64,000 nt of DNA, taken from Cyanobacteria bacterium P01_F01_bin.150. Its GTDB lineage: Bacteria; Cyanobacteriota; Cyanobacteriia; CAKZMO01. Both the position numbers and the translations under genes were made by a program. Location: the NCBI GenBank assembly GCA_039189765.1, contig JBCCYL010000025.1:11807-75806 (forward strand). The letters run 5' to 3'. This document shows, piece after piece, positions 9,361 through 18,516 of the stretch; the stretch's first letter is position 1; each line of letters begins with the position of its first letter. Below the pieces are notes generated by a model. The model was given only the letters and a program-made list of their open reading frames with translations. It was not told the origin of the DNA and ran no database searches.

Positions 9361-9380
9361 GATGAGGGAACGGAATCTGA

Positions 9381-10838
9381 TTAGGAAATTGTGCAGCTCG
9401 GGCCAATATATTGTTCGAAGGTGGGGCTTTGGGGATTTTGGTCTACTTGTAATACGCTTTCGGCTCCGTCGACTTGGAGGCGTATTAGATATTCCCCTGG
9501 CTTTAGCCCTTGGGTTCGAAAAATCAGGGTGGGAGAGGCATCGTGGAGGCGATCGCCCTCAAATACATAAGCTTGGGGCTGATCAATACTGCGTTCGTTT
9601 AGGCAGAGCAGGGTTCGTTGGCCGACCTGTACGGGTAAATCAGTGGTGACTTCAAAAATAGCGCTGCGGGGGTCATCATCTAGACCGGGGGTTTGGTTGA
9701 CTTGGAGTCGTTGAATCGTGGGCCGCACGATAAAGGGGGTGACATTGGATTCTACGCCCCGATAGATGGTGTCCATATTTAGAAGGCTGCGATCGCCTTG
9801 GTTTCGATCGCTCTGGTCGTGATTGCCTTGATTGTGAGCATTCTGGGTGCGATCGCCTGTAGGACTATTGATCGAACTACTGCTTAGCACTGTCCCATTT
9901 CTCTGAAGGTCATTTCTCCGCATCCCATTGCCTTGAGTGGTTCTAACGGGCTGACGCTGTTCTGCCCCTCGTCGTTGCACCTGGGAATGGATGACCTGTA
10001 GACTTTGCACTCCAATTTTCAGGGCATCTGGGGGTACCGTGTTAAGGGGCAGCAGGATATCTGTATCCGTTACCTGAACTGGACGAACTTCTACTCCTGC
10101 CACTCTTACTTGCACGATCGATGCTGACAAGGCTCGACCATGGATACGAATCATACTATTGGACAAAATAGGGTCATAGCGTCCCGTTGCGGCGATGACC
10201 TGTTCCACCATCGGCTGCTGGTTAAAGGGGACTAGTCCCAAACGGCGATCGCGTACGGGTAATGCCCTCCGCCCTGGCTCTTGTCCTTCGATCATCACCA
10301 CGGTCACCTTGTAGCACACTGATAGGGCATGGGGGGTTTGGAAAAACACCGACCAAATTTTCGATAGCTCATCGGTGGAGAGCGGCAGCAGCTCAAACCA
10401 CATCATTTCTAGCTGGTCGCCCAGGTCGGAGTCCGCTAGAAAGTCATAGGTTGGGTCAGCCAGGGTTTCACGAATCATATCGCGGCTGAGCATGGAGCGG
10501 TCTTCAAATAATTGAAGCGTACTGCCCAGCAGCCGATGGGGTTCTAAGGCGCTGTCATGGCCGTAAAAGGACAACACATAATAGAGATCGATGGCTAGCT
10601 GGTTGCGACGGGCGATGTCGGCCCGACGCTGGCGGCCAGGGGTATCAGCATTGCCGTAGGCGTCGTTGCGGCGCAGATGATATAGATACAGGCAAATGCC
10701 CGTTTCTGGAATACTGCCGCCCTGGGCTTCAGGACGAGCTGAGATTACTCTGGCTCCTTCAACGCTGTTTTGTACGGACTGCTGCAACAGTCGCTGGAGA
10801 GTCGCCGTAACGGTGGCGATCGCGAGATGATTACTCAT
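9381..10838 (-). CDS. DUF4255 / Pvc16-like eCIS tail terminator protein with C-terminal beta-rich (Ig-like) extension
   Basis: MSNHLAIATVTATLQRLL, ICLYLYH, DLYYVLSFYG, DELSKIWSVF...SVCYKVTVVMIE; C-terminal GEYLIRLQVDGAES. Confidence 0.85.
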   Translation of the reverse strand: MSNHLAIATVTATLQRLLQQSVQNSVEGARVISARPEAQGGSIPETGICLYLYHLRRNDAYGNADTPGRQRRADIARRNQLAIDLYYVLSFYGHDSALEPHRLLGSTLQLFEDRSMLSRDMIRETLADPTYDFLADSDLGDQLEMMWFELLPLSTDELSKIWSVFFQTPHALSVCYKVTVVMIEGQEPGRRALPVRDRRLGLVPFNQQPMVEQVIAATGRYDPILSNSMIRIHGRALSASIVQVRVAGVEVRPVQVTDTDILLPLNTVPPDALKIGVQSLQVIHSQVQRRGAEQRQPVRTTQGNGMRRNDLQRNGTVLSSSSINSPTGDRTQNAHNQGNHDQSDRNQGDRSLLNMDTIYRGVESNVTPFIVRPTIQRLQVNQTPGLDDDPRSAIFEVTTDLPVQVGQRTLLCLNERSIDQPQAYVFEGDRLHDASPTLIFRTQGLKPGEYLIRLQVDGAESVLQVDQNPQSPTFEQYIGPSCTIS

Positions 10839-11560
10839 TGCACCAACCCCAGCCGTAGCGATCGCACGATGGCCTGGGCTCGACTTTTAACTCCCAGCTT
10901 TTCAAAAATTGAGGTGAAGTGAGATTTAACGGTGGCCACTGAAATGTAGAGTTCGTTGGCAATATCTTCGTTGGATTTTCCCCGGGATAAAAGATTAAGC
11001 AGCTCGCGCTCGCGCTTGCTTAGCCGTAGCTGCTTGCACTTTTCTGTTGCCTGCTTGGCATGGGATTGAAACAGATAAAAGAAGGTATTAACCATTTCCT
11101 GGCTAAGGTAAACATCTCCACGCTCAATGGTATGAATAGCAGTTAAGAGTTCCATGGATAGACGGTCTTTGCTGAGATACCCAGAGGCTCCAGCCTGCAT
11201 GCCTGAGAATAAATAGGCGGGTTTGAGTTCTTCGGAAATTAGTAAGACTTTGGGCGGTTTGTCGAGCTGCTGGAGTTGCTTCAAGGCATCTAGGGTGGTG
11301 TCCCAGTTCTGGTCAACGTCCACATCGATAATCATCAGGCTGGGATGTTGTTTTTGGGCCAGGTGGAGGGCTTGGGCACCGGAGGCCACTTCACCGACAA
11401 CGACGTATTGAGCTGCCCCATGTTTACTGTAGAAAGAGAGGAGCGATCGCAACCCTTGACGAAACTCTTGATTGCTATCGGCCAGCATTACAGAGCATTG
11501 TAAATCGGCACATGAATTTACAGTGTTTTGAGGCTGCAACAAAATTTGACTTGTTATCAT
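10835..11560 (-). CDS. NarL/LuxR-family response regulator
   Basis: REC domain (VVGEVASG, IIDVD, GASGYLSK) and LuxR HTH (LSKRERELL...NEDIANELYISVATVKSH). Overlaps the DUF4255 gene by 4 nt (ATGA). Confidence 0.92.
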   Translation of the reverse strand: MITSQILLQPQNTVNSCADLQCSVMLADSNQEFRQGLRSLLSFYSKHGAAQYVVVGEVASGAQALHLAQKQHPSLMIIDVDVDQNWDTTLDALKQLQQLDKPPKVLLISEELKPAYLFSGMQAGASGYLSKDRLSMELLTAIHTIERGDVYLSQEMVNTFFYLFQSHAKQATEKCKQLRLSKRERELLNLLSRGKSNEDIANELYISVATVKSHFTSIFEKLGVKSRAQAIVRSLRLGLVQ

Positions 11561-11628
11561 ATTCTGCTCCTAAAATATCGCTGTCAGTTTTTTATTGGCA
11601 ATTCAATTATTCGCAATCAAAGTTTGAC

Positions 11629-11644
11629 TATCAACTTTAAGTCG
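11629..11644 (-). promoter_or_regulatory. TAAAGTTGATA box upstream of the regulator gene
   Basis: Reverse complement reads CGACTTAAAGTTGATA; the same box occurs at 12055-12070 and 14139-14154. Confidence 0.45.
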
Positions 11645-12023
11645 ATGTCGTGGGCGTGTCGAGCCCTATCACCGTTAATCTTGTTTCATCTTAAAATAGC
11701 AACTCCAAAATTCTAGTAAAAAATAGCGAAAGTAAATCAAAATATTTCAATAATAGTTTTTAAGTAATTCTCGTATAAGCACTGAACGTATAAACACTTA
11801 GAACCCAAAATGATTATCAGTATTAAGACGGTGATGGAGGCTTGAAACTTCCTCAAAGCCACGATTTTAGTTTCACCTTGGAGCAGATCCCCTTAAAAAA
11901 AGATTTCTCGGAAATTAGGTGTAAACACACAGGTGTAGCCCTGGAGCACCCACACTATCCGACATCTTTGCTTTACTTTTAGAAAAAAGATGAGGTTTGA
12001 ACGCAAGACGGAACATAATGAAC

Positions 12024-12071
12024 GATAGGGGGAGCGCATTACGTTCCCCCTATCCGTCTAAAGTTGATACC
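12024..12071 (+). promoter_or_regulatory. Hairpin plus CG(T/C)CTAAAGTTGATACC box upstream of the sheath gene
   Basis: GATAGGGGG...CCCCCTATC stem immediately followed by CGTCTAAAGTTGATACC. Confidence 0.5.
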
Positions 12072-12318
12072 TATAAAGATGAGGTGAAAATATATTTAAG
12101 AGTGTCTGTTTTTGTTATTGAAAAAGGCCTATTGATATTCCCTAATATCTAAATAATGCTATCTATTTATATTCTTCAAAGCCATACGAAGGTCTAGTAA
12201 CTATTTCTATGGGTTGTTGCTAGTCTTGCTTCAATATTGTCTGGATATGGTCTGAACTAGGCAATCCCTAACAGATTTAGAACACAAGTTGTAAGATTGG
12301 AGGTTAGAAGTAAAGCCT

Positions 12319-14070
12319 ATGGCAAGGTTGGATTATTTTGCGCCTGGGGTTTACGTCGAAGAAGTGAATCGCGGTAGCCGCCCAATTGAGGGGTTGCCCA
12401 CTGCGATTGCTGGCTTCGTTGGCTTTACCGAAGATGTACGAGGCGGTGCTGAACTATATCGCCCTATGTTGGTGACGACATGGAATCAGTATTTAGAATA
12501 CTTTGGTAAACCCAACTCAGATGGATTTACGGATTTTGGGGCCTACCTGCCCTTTTCCGTATATGGCTGGTTTTTAAATGGTGGTGGACGATGCTGGATT
12601 ACCAGTATTGGTACCCGACTTCCAGGTACGGCAACGCCTGATATTACCGAAAGTGGAACGGATTTGAGCAATCGACGCGATCGCCCGACTCTCCGATTTT
12701 CCCTCGCTTCCGGCGCAGCATCTCTGTTGGGAGCCTCGTCCAATGGAGGGGGGCAAGCGATTCAGGTGCAGGTGTTAAATGGGGTCCCTAAAAGTGCGAT
12801 CGCCACCGCTGTTGTAGAGGTTGAAAACGAGGATGGCAGCGTTAGTCGTCCTCCATCTCCTCCATCCCATACGCCACATATGCCGATCGCCATCAACACT
12901 GGAGAGTTCTTTACAGTGGTGGTGCGTCAAGGGGATGAGACCCTGGAACGTTTCGAACATTTGACGATGAATGCCCACGTTAATCCCAACGTGGCAGATT
13001 ATGTGACAACGGCATTAGCCGAGTCAGACTTTGTCGTTGCGACGGATCTGGCTAATACCGGCAGTATCCTAGCCCGTCGCCCTGCCAATGGCCTGTACGA
13101 AATTAGTCCCCCCCCCGTAGTCTCAAGCCGTGAAGAACTACCAGGGCATTTGGAAGGGATTGGCGATGATCGTACCGGAATTCGAGGGCTGTTTGAAATT
13201 GATGAAGTCACGGTGATTGCCTGTCCCGACCTGATGCGAGTGTACGAAGAGGGGCTGATGGATATTGATCAGGTCCACTCGGTGATGGATTTGATGTTGG
13301 GGATGTGTGAAGCAGCGGCAGCTGGAGATATTCCTAATCCCCCCAATCGGATGATTGTGTTTGATCCTCCTCCAGATCGGGTCAAACCCCAGGATGTGAG
13401 CACCTGGTTAACAGAAGATTTTAACCGTCGCTCTCAATTTGCGGCCCTTTATTACCCTTGGATCGAGGTCCCGAATCCTCGCAATGGTGGCCGCCCGATT
13501 GCGGTTCCTCCCTGCGGCCATGTGATGGGCGTTTGGGCACGGACGGATGAAACCCGAGGGGTTCATAAGGCTCCGGCTAATGAGGTGCCTAGAGGCGTAA
13601 CTGGCTTGGCCTATGACTGTAACTTCCGCGAGCAAGAGCTGCTTAATCCTATCGGGATTAACTGTCTGCGGCCCTTCCCCAATCGTGGTATTCGGATTTG
13701 GGGCGCTCGCACATTAGTCGAACCTGATATTACCGAATGGCGCTATATCAACGTTCGACGGCTGATGAGCTATATCGAGAAATCCATTGAAGTCGGCACG
13801 CAGTGGGTTGTCTTTGAACCCAACGATGAAGATCTATGGCAGCGGGTCAAGCGGGTGGTCAGTAATTTCCTGACCGATTTGTGGCGACAAGGGGCACTGA
13901 TTGGTAGCAGTCCAGAGCAGGCTTTCTATGTGAAATGCGATGGTGAACTCAACACCCCAGACACTATGATTCTGGGTCGCTTATACATTGAAGTCGGCAT
14001 TGCTCCAGTCCGGCCAGCGGAATTTGTGATCTTCCGCGTTAGCCAGTGGAGTGGTCAAGACGAGGGTTAA
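12319..14070 (+). CDS. Contractile phage tail sheath protein (eCIS/tCIS)
   Basis: APGVYVEE, AALYYPWI, VPPCGHVMGVWARTD...GVHKAPAN, LNPIGINCLR, IWGARTL, WRYINVRR, VFEPND, PAEFVIFR. Confidence 0.96.
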   Translation: MARLDYFAPGVYVEEVNRGSRPIEGLPTAIAGFVGFTEDVRGGAELYRPMLVTTWNQYLEYFGKPNSDGFTDFGAYLPFSVYGWFLNGGGRCWITSIGTRLPGTATPDITESGTDLSNRRDRPTLRFSLASGAASLLGASSNGGGQAIQVQVLNGVPKSAIATAVVEVENEDGSVSRPPSPPSHTPHMPIAINTGEFFTVVVRQGDETLERFEHLTMNAHVNPNVADYVTTALAESDFVVATDLANTGSILARRPANGLYEISPPPVVSSREELPGHLEGIGDDRTGIRGLFEIDEVTVIACPDLMRVYEEGLMDIDQVHSVMDLMLGMCEAAAAGDIPNPPNRMIVFDPPPDRVKPQDVSTWLTEDFNRRSQFAALYYPWIEVPNPRNGGRPIAVPPCGHVMGVWARTDETRGVHKAPANEVPRGVTGLAYDCNFREQELLNPIGINCLRPFPNRGIRIWGARTLVEPDITEWRYINVRRLMSYIEKSIEVGTQWVVFEPNDEDLWQRVKRVVSNFLTDLWRQGALIGSSPEQAFYVKCDGELNTPDTMILGRLYIEVGIAPVRPAEFVIFRVSQWSGQDEG

Positions 14071-14107
14071 GGGATGCTTTAATCTTTTAATGTGAACCAA
14101 AACTGAC

Positions 14108-14155
14108 GGTATTGTGGGCACCTCGCGTCCATAATACCCGCCTAAAGTTGATACC
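14108..14155 (+). promoter_or_regulatory. Hairpin plus CGCCTAAAGTTGATACC box upstream of the first tube gene
   Basis: GGTATTGTGG...CCATAATACC stem immediately followed by the same box as at 12055. Confidence 0.5.
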
Positions 14156-14177
14156 CAATCCTATATGAGGTAATACA

Positions 14178-14723
14178 ATGGCCCAACCCATTTTTACTAC
14201 AACTGCGTCAAGTTACTATATTGAATTTGATGGCATTACTGAAGCAGAAATTAAAAGCATGGCCCAGCTTTCCTATGAAGCAAAAGTGACGGGGAATGCT
14301 AAACCGATCGCGTCCACTAAATCTGGAAAAACCTCCCGACAGACCACCTCTGGGGGATATGACTCCAGCCCCTCCATGACATTGGAAGTCTATATGTGTG
14401 ATGACCCCAGAAGTGCCAGTGCCTATTTGTATAACTGGTTTCAAGAATGCCTTCCCCCCAGTGATGGTGGCCGAGGCAATTGGGCTAACAATCGTAAAAC
14501 AGGCTCTGTTGTCGTGTATGACCCCGGAGGGGATGAAGTCCTGCGATGGAACCTATACCGAGCCTGGATCAAGAAATATTCGATCTCTGACCCAGATGTC
14601 ACCTCCCAAGACTTAGCCGTTGAGACCTATGAGCTAACCGCAGAACACATTGACAAAGTGTTATCGATTTCCAGTGCATCCACCAGCGCCTCTACCCAGC
14701 AGGCCCAGTTTGCGTCAATTTAG
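14178..14723 (+). CDS. Phage tail tube protein (T4 gp19-like)
   Basis: YYIEFDG, LYNWF, RKTGSVVVYD...VLRWNLYRAWIKKY, LAVETYEL; directly after the sheath gene. Confidence 0.85.
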   Translation: MAQPIFTTTASSYYIEFDGITEAEIKSMAQLSYEAKVTGNAKPIASTKSGKTSRQTTSGGYDSSPSMTLEVYMCDDPRSASAYLYNWFQECLPPSDGGRGNWANNRKTGSVVVYDPGGDEVLRWNLYRAWIKKYSISDPDVTSQDLAVETYELTAEHIDKVLSISSASTSASTQQAQFASI

Positions 14724-14748
14724 TCCTTCTTAACCCATTACAACTATT

Positions 14749-15273
14749 ATGGTCACTGCAGCAACTGATTTTGCCTACAGCACCAGTCGGATGGAGTACC
14801 TCACTACCAGCCGATTTTATTTCGAGTACGATGCCACCACTCGCCTGCTAATTTCTAAATGTAGTGGAATTTCTATCTCCATTGATCCCGCAGCGGAGGG
14901 ACAGCCCATCGGCGTAGGCAAGGGAATTGTCACCCAAACCCAAACGACCCCTGCAGGCGTCTCCTATGAAAATATGACCCTGGAATTTGTCTCCACCCGT
15001 GAAAATGACATTTTGCTGAACTGGTACTTGGATTGCCATCCCAAGGCCGCAGTTGGGGGTGGACGACCCACAATGAACAATCGCTTTTCCGGTGGTTTGG
15101 TGATTTATAAACAAAGTGGTTTTGAAGGGGCACGATGGTCGATTCGCGATGCCATGCCTGCAAAATACACTACCACTCAGGTGCAGAGTGAAAGTACCGA
15201 TTTGTTCAAAGAAACCATCGAAATTGCCCATGCTGGACTAATTCGGGTTCCGACGATGGGTACCCAACTTTAG
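14749..15273 (+). CDS. Phage tail tube protein (T4 gp19-like)
   Basis: SRFYFE, CSGI, YENMTL, LLNWY, GGLVIY...ARWSIRDAMPAKY, ETIEIAHAG. Confidence 0.85.
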   Translation: MVTAATDFAYSTSRMEYLTTSRFYFEYDATTRLLISKCSGISISIDPAAEGQPIGVGKGIVTQTQTTPAGVSYENMTLEFVSTRENDILLNWYLDCHPKAAVGGGRPTMNNRFSGGLVIYKQSGFEGARWSIRDAMPAKYTTTQVQSESTDLFKETIEIAHAGLIRVPTMGTQL

Positions 15274-15300
15274 GAGTTTGCAGAGTGATGCAGTTAGCGA

Positions 15301-15603
15301 GACCCACCCCTAGCCCCTCCCAGGAGGGGAACGTATCATTAGCGAGAGTGTTTGATGGACATTTGCGGTGAATATTCGGTGGTCCATCTTTGCCAATGTC
15401 CAGTTCCCCCTCTTGAGAGGGGGCTAGGGGGTGTGTTTGGTGGTCAATCTCTGCCAATGTCCAGTTCCCTGAGAAGAGGCTAGGAGGTGTATTTATCCTG
15501 GTGCCCAGACTCTGGCTGAGTACCTTTGAGAAGACTCTGGCTCCGCTGCATTGCCTGAGCCAGAGTCTCAGGCGGGCATTCTCAGATAGACACTGGGAAC
15601 GAG
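15301..15603. repeat. Cluster of palindromic dispersed repeats between tube genes
   Basis: CCCACCCCTAGCCCCTCC...GAGGGGGCTAGGGG inverted repeat; direct duplication of GGTGGTC(C/A)ATCT(T/C)TGCCAATGTCCAGTTCCC; GACTCTGGCT...AGCCAGAGTC...CTGGGAACGAG element. Confidence 0.75.
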
Positions 15604-15656
15604 GTAGCGAGCGTCAACACTATAAAGAACTGAACGCTAAAGGAACCTGAACCATT

Positions 15657-16184
15657 ATGGTTTATGCCCAATCTGCCTTCCAAGGGGAAAGCAGCACCAC
15701 GACGTATTATGAATACTTAACGGCATCTCGCTTTTATGTAGAACTGCACTTAAATGGCAGCGTTGCCGATGTGGATGGCCTTTTTATGGAATGTAAGGGC
15801 CTGAAATATTACCAGGACGTTATTGAATTTGCCGAATCGTTTCCAGAGAGTTGGGGCCGCAACGGTGCCTCGGTGGGACGGATCCATCGCAGCAAAATTC
15901 CGGGTCTTGAAAAAATAGACAATATTAGCTTAAGACGCGGTATGAATGCCTCTGAAACCCTGTGGCAGTGGATTGAAACGGCGCAGCAGGGCGGCTGGAG
16001 TCAAGCCTGTAAGGATGGATCGCTGACCCTGTACCGTCAGGATGGTACCACTGGGGCACGGTTTCAGTTTGAGGCTGCGTGGCCCGTTAGCTATACCGTT
16101 TCTGACAGCATGGTATCTGGCACAGATCTGACCTTTGAAGATTTGGAAATTGCCTGTGAAACCCTGACGCGGATGAAGCTCTAA
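15657..16184 (+). CDS. Phage tail tube protein (T4 gp19-like, Afp5-type)
   Basis: RFYVEL, FMECKGL, KIPG...NISLRRG, LWQW, DGSLTL...FEAAWPVSY, FEDLEIACE. Confidence 0.9.
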   Translation: MVYAQSAFQGESSTTTYYEYLTASRFYVELHLNGSVADVDGLFMECKGLKYYQDVIEFAESFPESWGRNGASVGRIHRSKIPGLEKIDNISLRRGMNASETLWQWIETAQQGGWSQACKDGSLTLYRQDGTTGARFQFEAAWPVSYTVSDSMVSGTDLTFEDLEIACETLTRMKL

Positions 16185-16254
16185 AGCAAAGAATAGTAAA
16201 TGGTTGTGGGACGCAAATGCGCCTGTGGCCTAGAGAAATTCAACCATAGAAATT

Positions 16255-16632
16255 ATGCAAACAGAATTTGAATTTACCTTACCCACTGGCTACATTGATG
16301 ACCAAGGGCAGATTCATTATCAGGGGGTAATGCGGCGATCGCGCGCCATGGATGAAATCCTGCCGATGCAGGACGTGCGAGTCCAGGCAAATCCTGCCTA
16401 TGCCACGGTGATTATCTTGGCTCGGGTTATTGTCAGATTGGGGACGATTACAGAGGTGACGCCTCTGGTTATTGAAAATATGTTTGCCTCGGATTTAAGC
16501 CATTTGCAGACGCTGTATCATCAGATTAATAGTCCAGAACAGATTAAGTCCCTTGACCTGCCGGAGTCCGTCACACATTCAGGGGAAGAAGAGGCTTCAG
16601 AAACATTGGAAAAAGAGTTGGCCCCGGTGTAG
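16255..16632 (+). CDS. Phage tail assembly chaperone
   Basis: MQTEFEFTLPTGYID..G..H..GVMR...AMDEI.P..D.RV..NPAY...ILARVI..LG...IENMFASDL..LQ.LY..IN, as in eCIS loci downstream of tube genes. Confidence 0.85.
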   Translation: MQTEFEFTLPTGYIDDQGQIHYQGVMRRSRAMDEILPMQDVRVQANPAYATVIILARVIVRLGTITEVTPLVIENMFASDLSHLQTLYHQINSPEQIKSLDLPESVTHSGEEEASETLEKELAPV

Positions 16633-16709
16633 AGAGGTAGATTCTACCTAGGCTGATAAATCTGTAGCTTTTTATCTTAAAAAAAGATGTGTGAACAATC
16701 CCTGCCCGG

Positions 16710-16806
16710 AACTCACCCCCCAACCCCTCCCGAGAGGGGAGCCGGACGTGGATGAAGACTTTAGCTACGCTCCGATCCCCCTCCTGGGAGGGGCTAGGGG
16801 TGGGTT
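16710..16806. repeat. Palindromic dispersed repeat (CCCCTCCCGAGAGGGG...CCCCTCCTGGGAGGGGCTAGGGGTGGG family)
   Basis: Same family as 15301-15436, 19284-19368 and 21375-21478. Confidence 0.75.
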
Positions 16807-16815
16807 AGTCGAGAC

Positions 16816-16959
16816 TTGAAGCACACGGCAAATTTCTACAAATTGCTTATCCTGGACTCCTCAACCTTTCATTTTCATCAGTTACGACAAGACATTCTAT
16901 CCCTGGTCCACGGTGAACGACACCACTGGATAAAAGAAATTAATTGGCTATTGGCTTAG
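16816..16959 (+). pseudogene. DUF6760-like small eCIS protein, 3' part; 5' part apparently separated by a repeat insertion
   Basis: Manual translation: FHFHQLRQDILSLVHGERHHWIKEINWLLA*, resembling the remembered family pattern YHFHW...IL.L.H.ER..W..EI. It lies at the expected position after the tail chaperone; GTAGCTTTT (VAF) is upstream at 16664. Confidence 0.6.
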
Positions 16960-16965
16960 GAGGTA

Positions 16966-18447
16966 ATGATGACATCGACCCTTGGCGAAATGGTGGCGAC
17001 GATCGCCCCCTCTATTCCACCCTCATTGATGTCGTCTGCCAATATAGAGGCGATCGCCACAGTTGCCCATCATTTTCCCCTGACCCTCGGTACGACGGTT
17101 GGATTCGAGTGTCCCTTGACCGCACCGGAGCCCGCCGCCGATTTCTTCCTGAGGGTCAGCGGTGCATGGGGGCGATCGCTCCTTGCGGGTCAGCCAGTGG
17201 CTCCTCCCATTCTTGCTCAGTTTCAAAAGGCCAACTCCCTAGAACCCCATGCTGAACCACCAGGATTTAACAAGCTCTGGTCTTGTCCCCCATGGCAAAA
17301 TATTCGTCAGATTGCTCAGCGATGGGCTGAACCCACGTCTCTGCTGCATACGGCTATTGATGATCTTTGGCTTGAATTTGATATTGGCTCCCGTTCTAGC
17401 CTTAAGCCAAATCAAGACAGTTGTGCGGACGTCTTAAGTAGGATGGGCAAAACGAATGTGTGCCCATCAGCAAGCGGCTTAGATGGGCAAAGGACGTCAG
17501 GACGTGCCCATCCTACTTTTGGCAATGGCATACCCCAGCCCAGCACGTTTCTGGGGGTTAAATCTCCTGGGTTGCCCTCTTTGGATTGGGTGGGGCAAAT
17601 TGCCTTACCGACCTTGGTTGGGTCTGTTTTATCGCCTCAAATTCAAACCACATTGCAACGCTGTTTAGCGGCTCTGCCGTCCTCTGCGCGTTTATTTCAA
17701 GTGGGGGCTTTATCTGGACGAGTATCCTCGCCAACGGACTGTCCACCCCTTCGTCTCTATATTCAAAACTTAACCGTTAGCCAGCTACCGTCCCTGCTGG
17801 AGCGACTGTCATGGCCTGGGGATAGGACGTTATTGACTCATATGTTGGCTCGCATTGGTTCCCAGAGTGAGACCTGTTCTTTACAGCTTGAACTGGAGGA
17901 GGTGAAGGAACCCCACGTATCTACCCACCCTGTTTCAGCCCTTTCTCCCAAGATTGCTATTGAATGTGCTTTTCCCGACCGGACTGCATGGCAAAAGGTC
18001 CTGAGTCGGTTGGTGATGCTGGGCTTTTGCAGGCCAGATCGGGCCAAGGCGCTGTTGGAATATCCAGGCTATGTCCGTGCTCAGGACTCTGTTAACTTTC
18101 CTCCGTTGCTTAAGGACTGGTCGGCCCAGCTTGCTCCCTATCGAGAATGTTTGTTGGTTAAACGTCTGGCTTATTTGAAGTTTACCTATGAGCCAGGGCA
18201 TCCCCTCCAGGCTAAGGCGTACTTGGGACTGTCTCCCACATGGCTTGATGCCCGTTACTTACAGTCAAACGCAGCTAATGCTGCGGCCTCAGACGATCAG
18301 GAGTCTATGGCTATTAAGGTGTGCAAAGACCTAATCCAGCAGTTGGACTATGGCGAAATTGATGTGGATGAGCTGTTTATATCCCAGCGATCGCAAAAAT
18401 CACGCTGGCTAAATCACGCATTGGAAACCATGTGTATCGGGACATAA
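16966..18447 (+). CDS. Hypothetical protein, possibly aromatic-prenyltransferase-like fold; carries an in-frame palindrome insertion
   Basis: AGGAGG ribosome-binding site; motifs GFECPL, LWLEFD, PKIAIEC, YLKF.Y...AKAYL. Confidence 0.6.
   Translation: MMTSTLGEMVATIAPSIPPSLMSSANIEAIATVAHHFPLTLGTTVGFECPLTAPEPAADFFLRVSGAWGRSLLAGQPVAPPILAQFQKANSLEPHAEPPGFNKLWSCPPWQNIRQIAQRWAEPTSLLHTAIDDLWLEFDIGSRSSLKPNQDSCADVLSRMGKTNVCPSASGLDGQRTSGRAHPTFGNGIPQPSTFLGVKSPGLPSLDWVGQIALPTLVGSVLSPQIQTTLQRCLAALPSSARLFQVGALSGRVSSPTDCPPLRLYIQNLTVSQLPSLLERLSWPGDRTLLTHMLARIGSQSETCSLQLELEEVKEPHVSTHPVSALSPKIAIECAFPDRTAWQKVLSRLVMLGFCRPDRAKALLEYPGYVRAQDSVNFPPLLKDWSAQLAPYRECLLVKRLAYLKFTYEPGHPLQAKAYLGLSPTWLDARYLQSNAANAAASDDQESMAIKVCKDLIQQLDYGEIDVDELFISQRSQKSRWLNHALETMCIGT
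17437..17517. repeat. 81-bp REPIN-like palindrome inserted in frame in a CDS
   Basis: AGTAGGATGGGCAAAACGAATGTGTGCCCATC...TGCCCATCCTACT, translated as SRMGKTNVCPSA...AHPT. Confidence 0.85.
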
Positions 18448-18456
18448 TCCAGAGCG

Positions 18457-18490
18457 ATACACCAGCGACATACACCAGCGACATACACCA
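18457..18490. repeat. 13-bp tandem repeat (ATACACCAGCGAC, about 2.5 copies) upstream of the giant DUF4157 gene
   Basis: Seen directly. Confidence 0.7.
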
Positions 18491-18516
18491 GAGCGATAAG
18501 CCAGGGGGATAAACCA

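Noticed and set aside
13108..13116. C9 homopolymer in the sheath gene as a phase-variation switch
   Set aside because: It is in frame and encodes Pro-Pro-Pro; there is no evidence of length variation without reads.
12319..16632. Prophage
   Set aside because: No capsid, terminase, portal or integrase; DUF4157, DUF4255 and Afp15-like ATPases indicate an eCIS.
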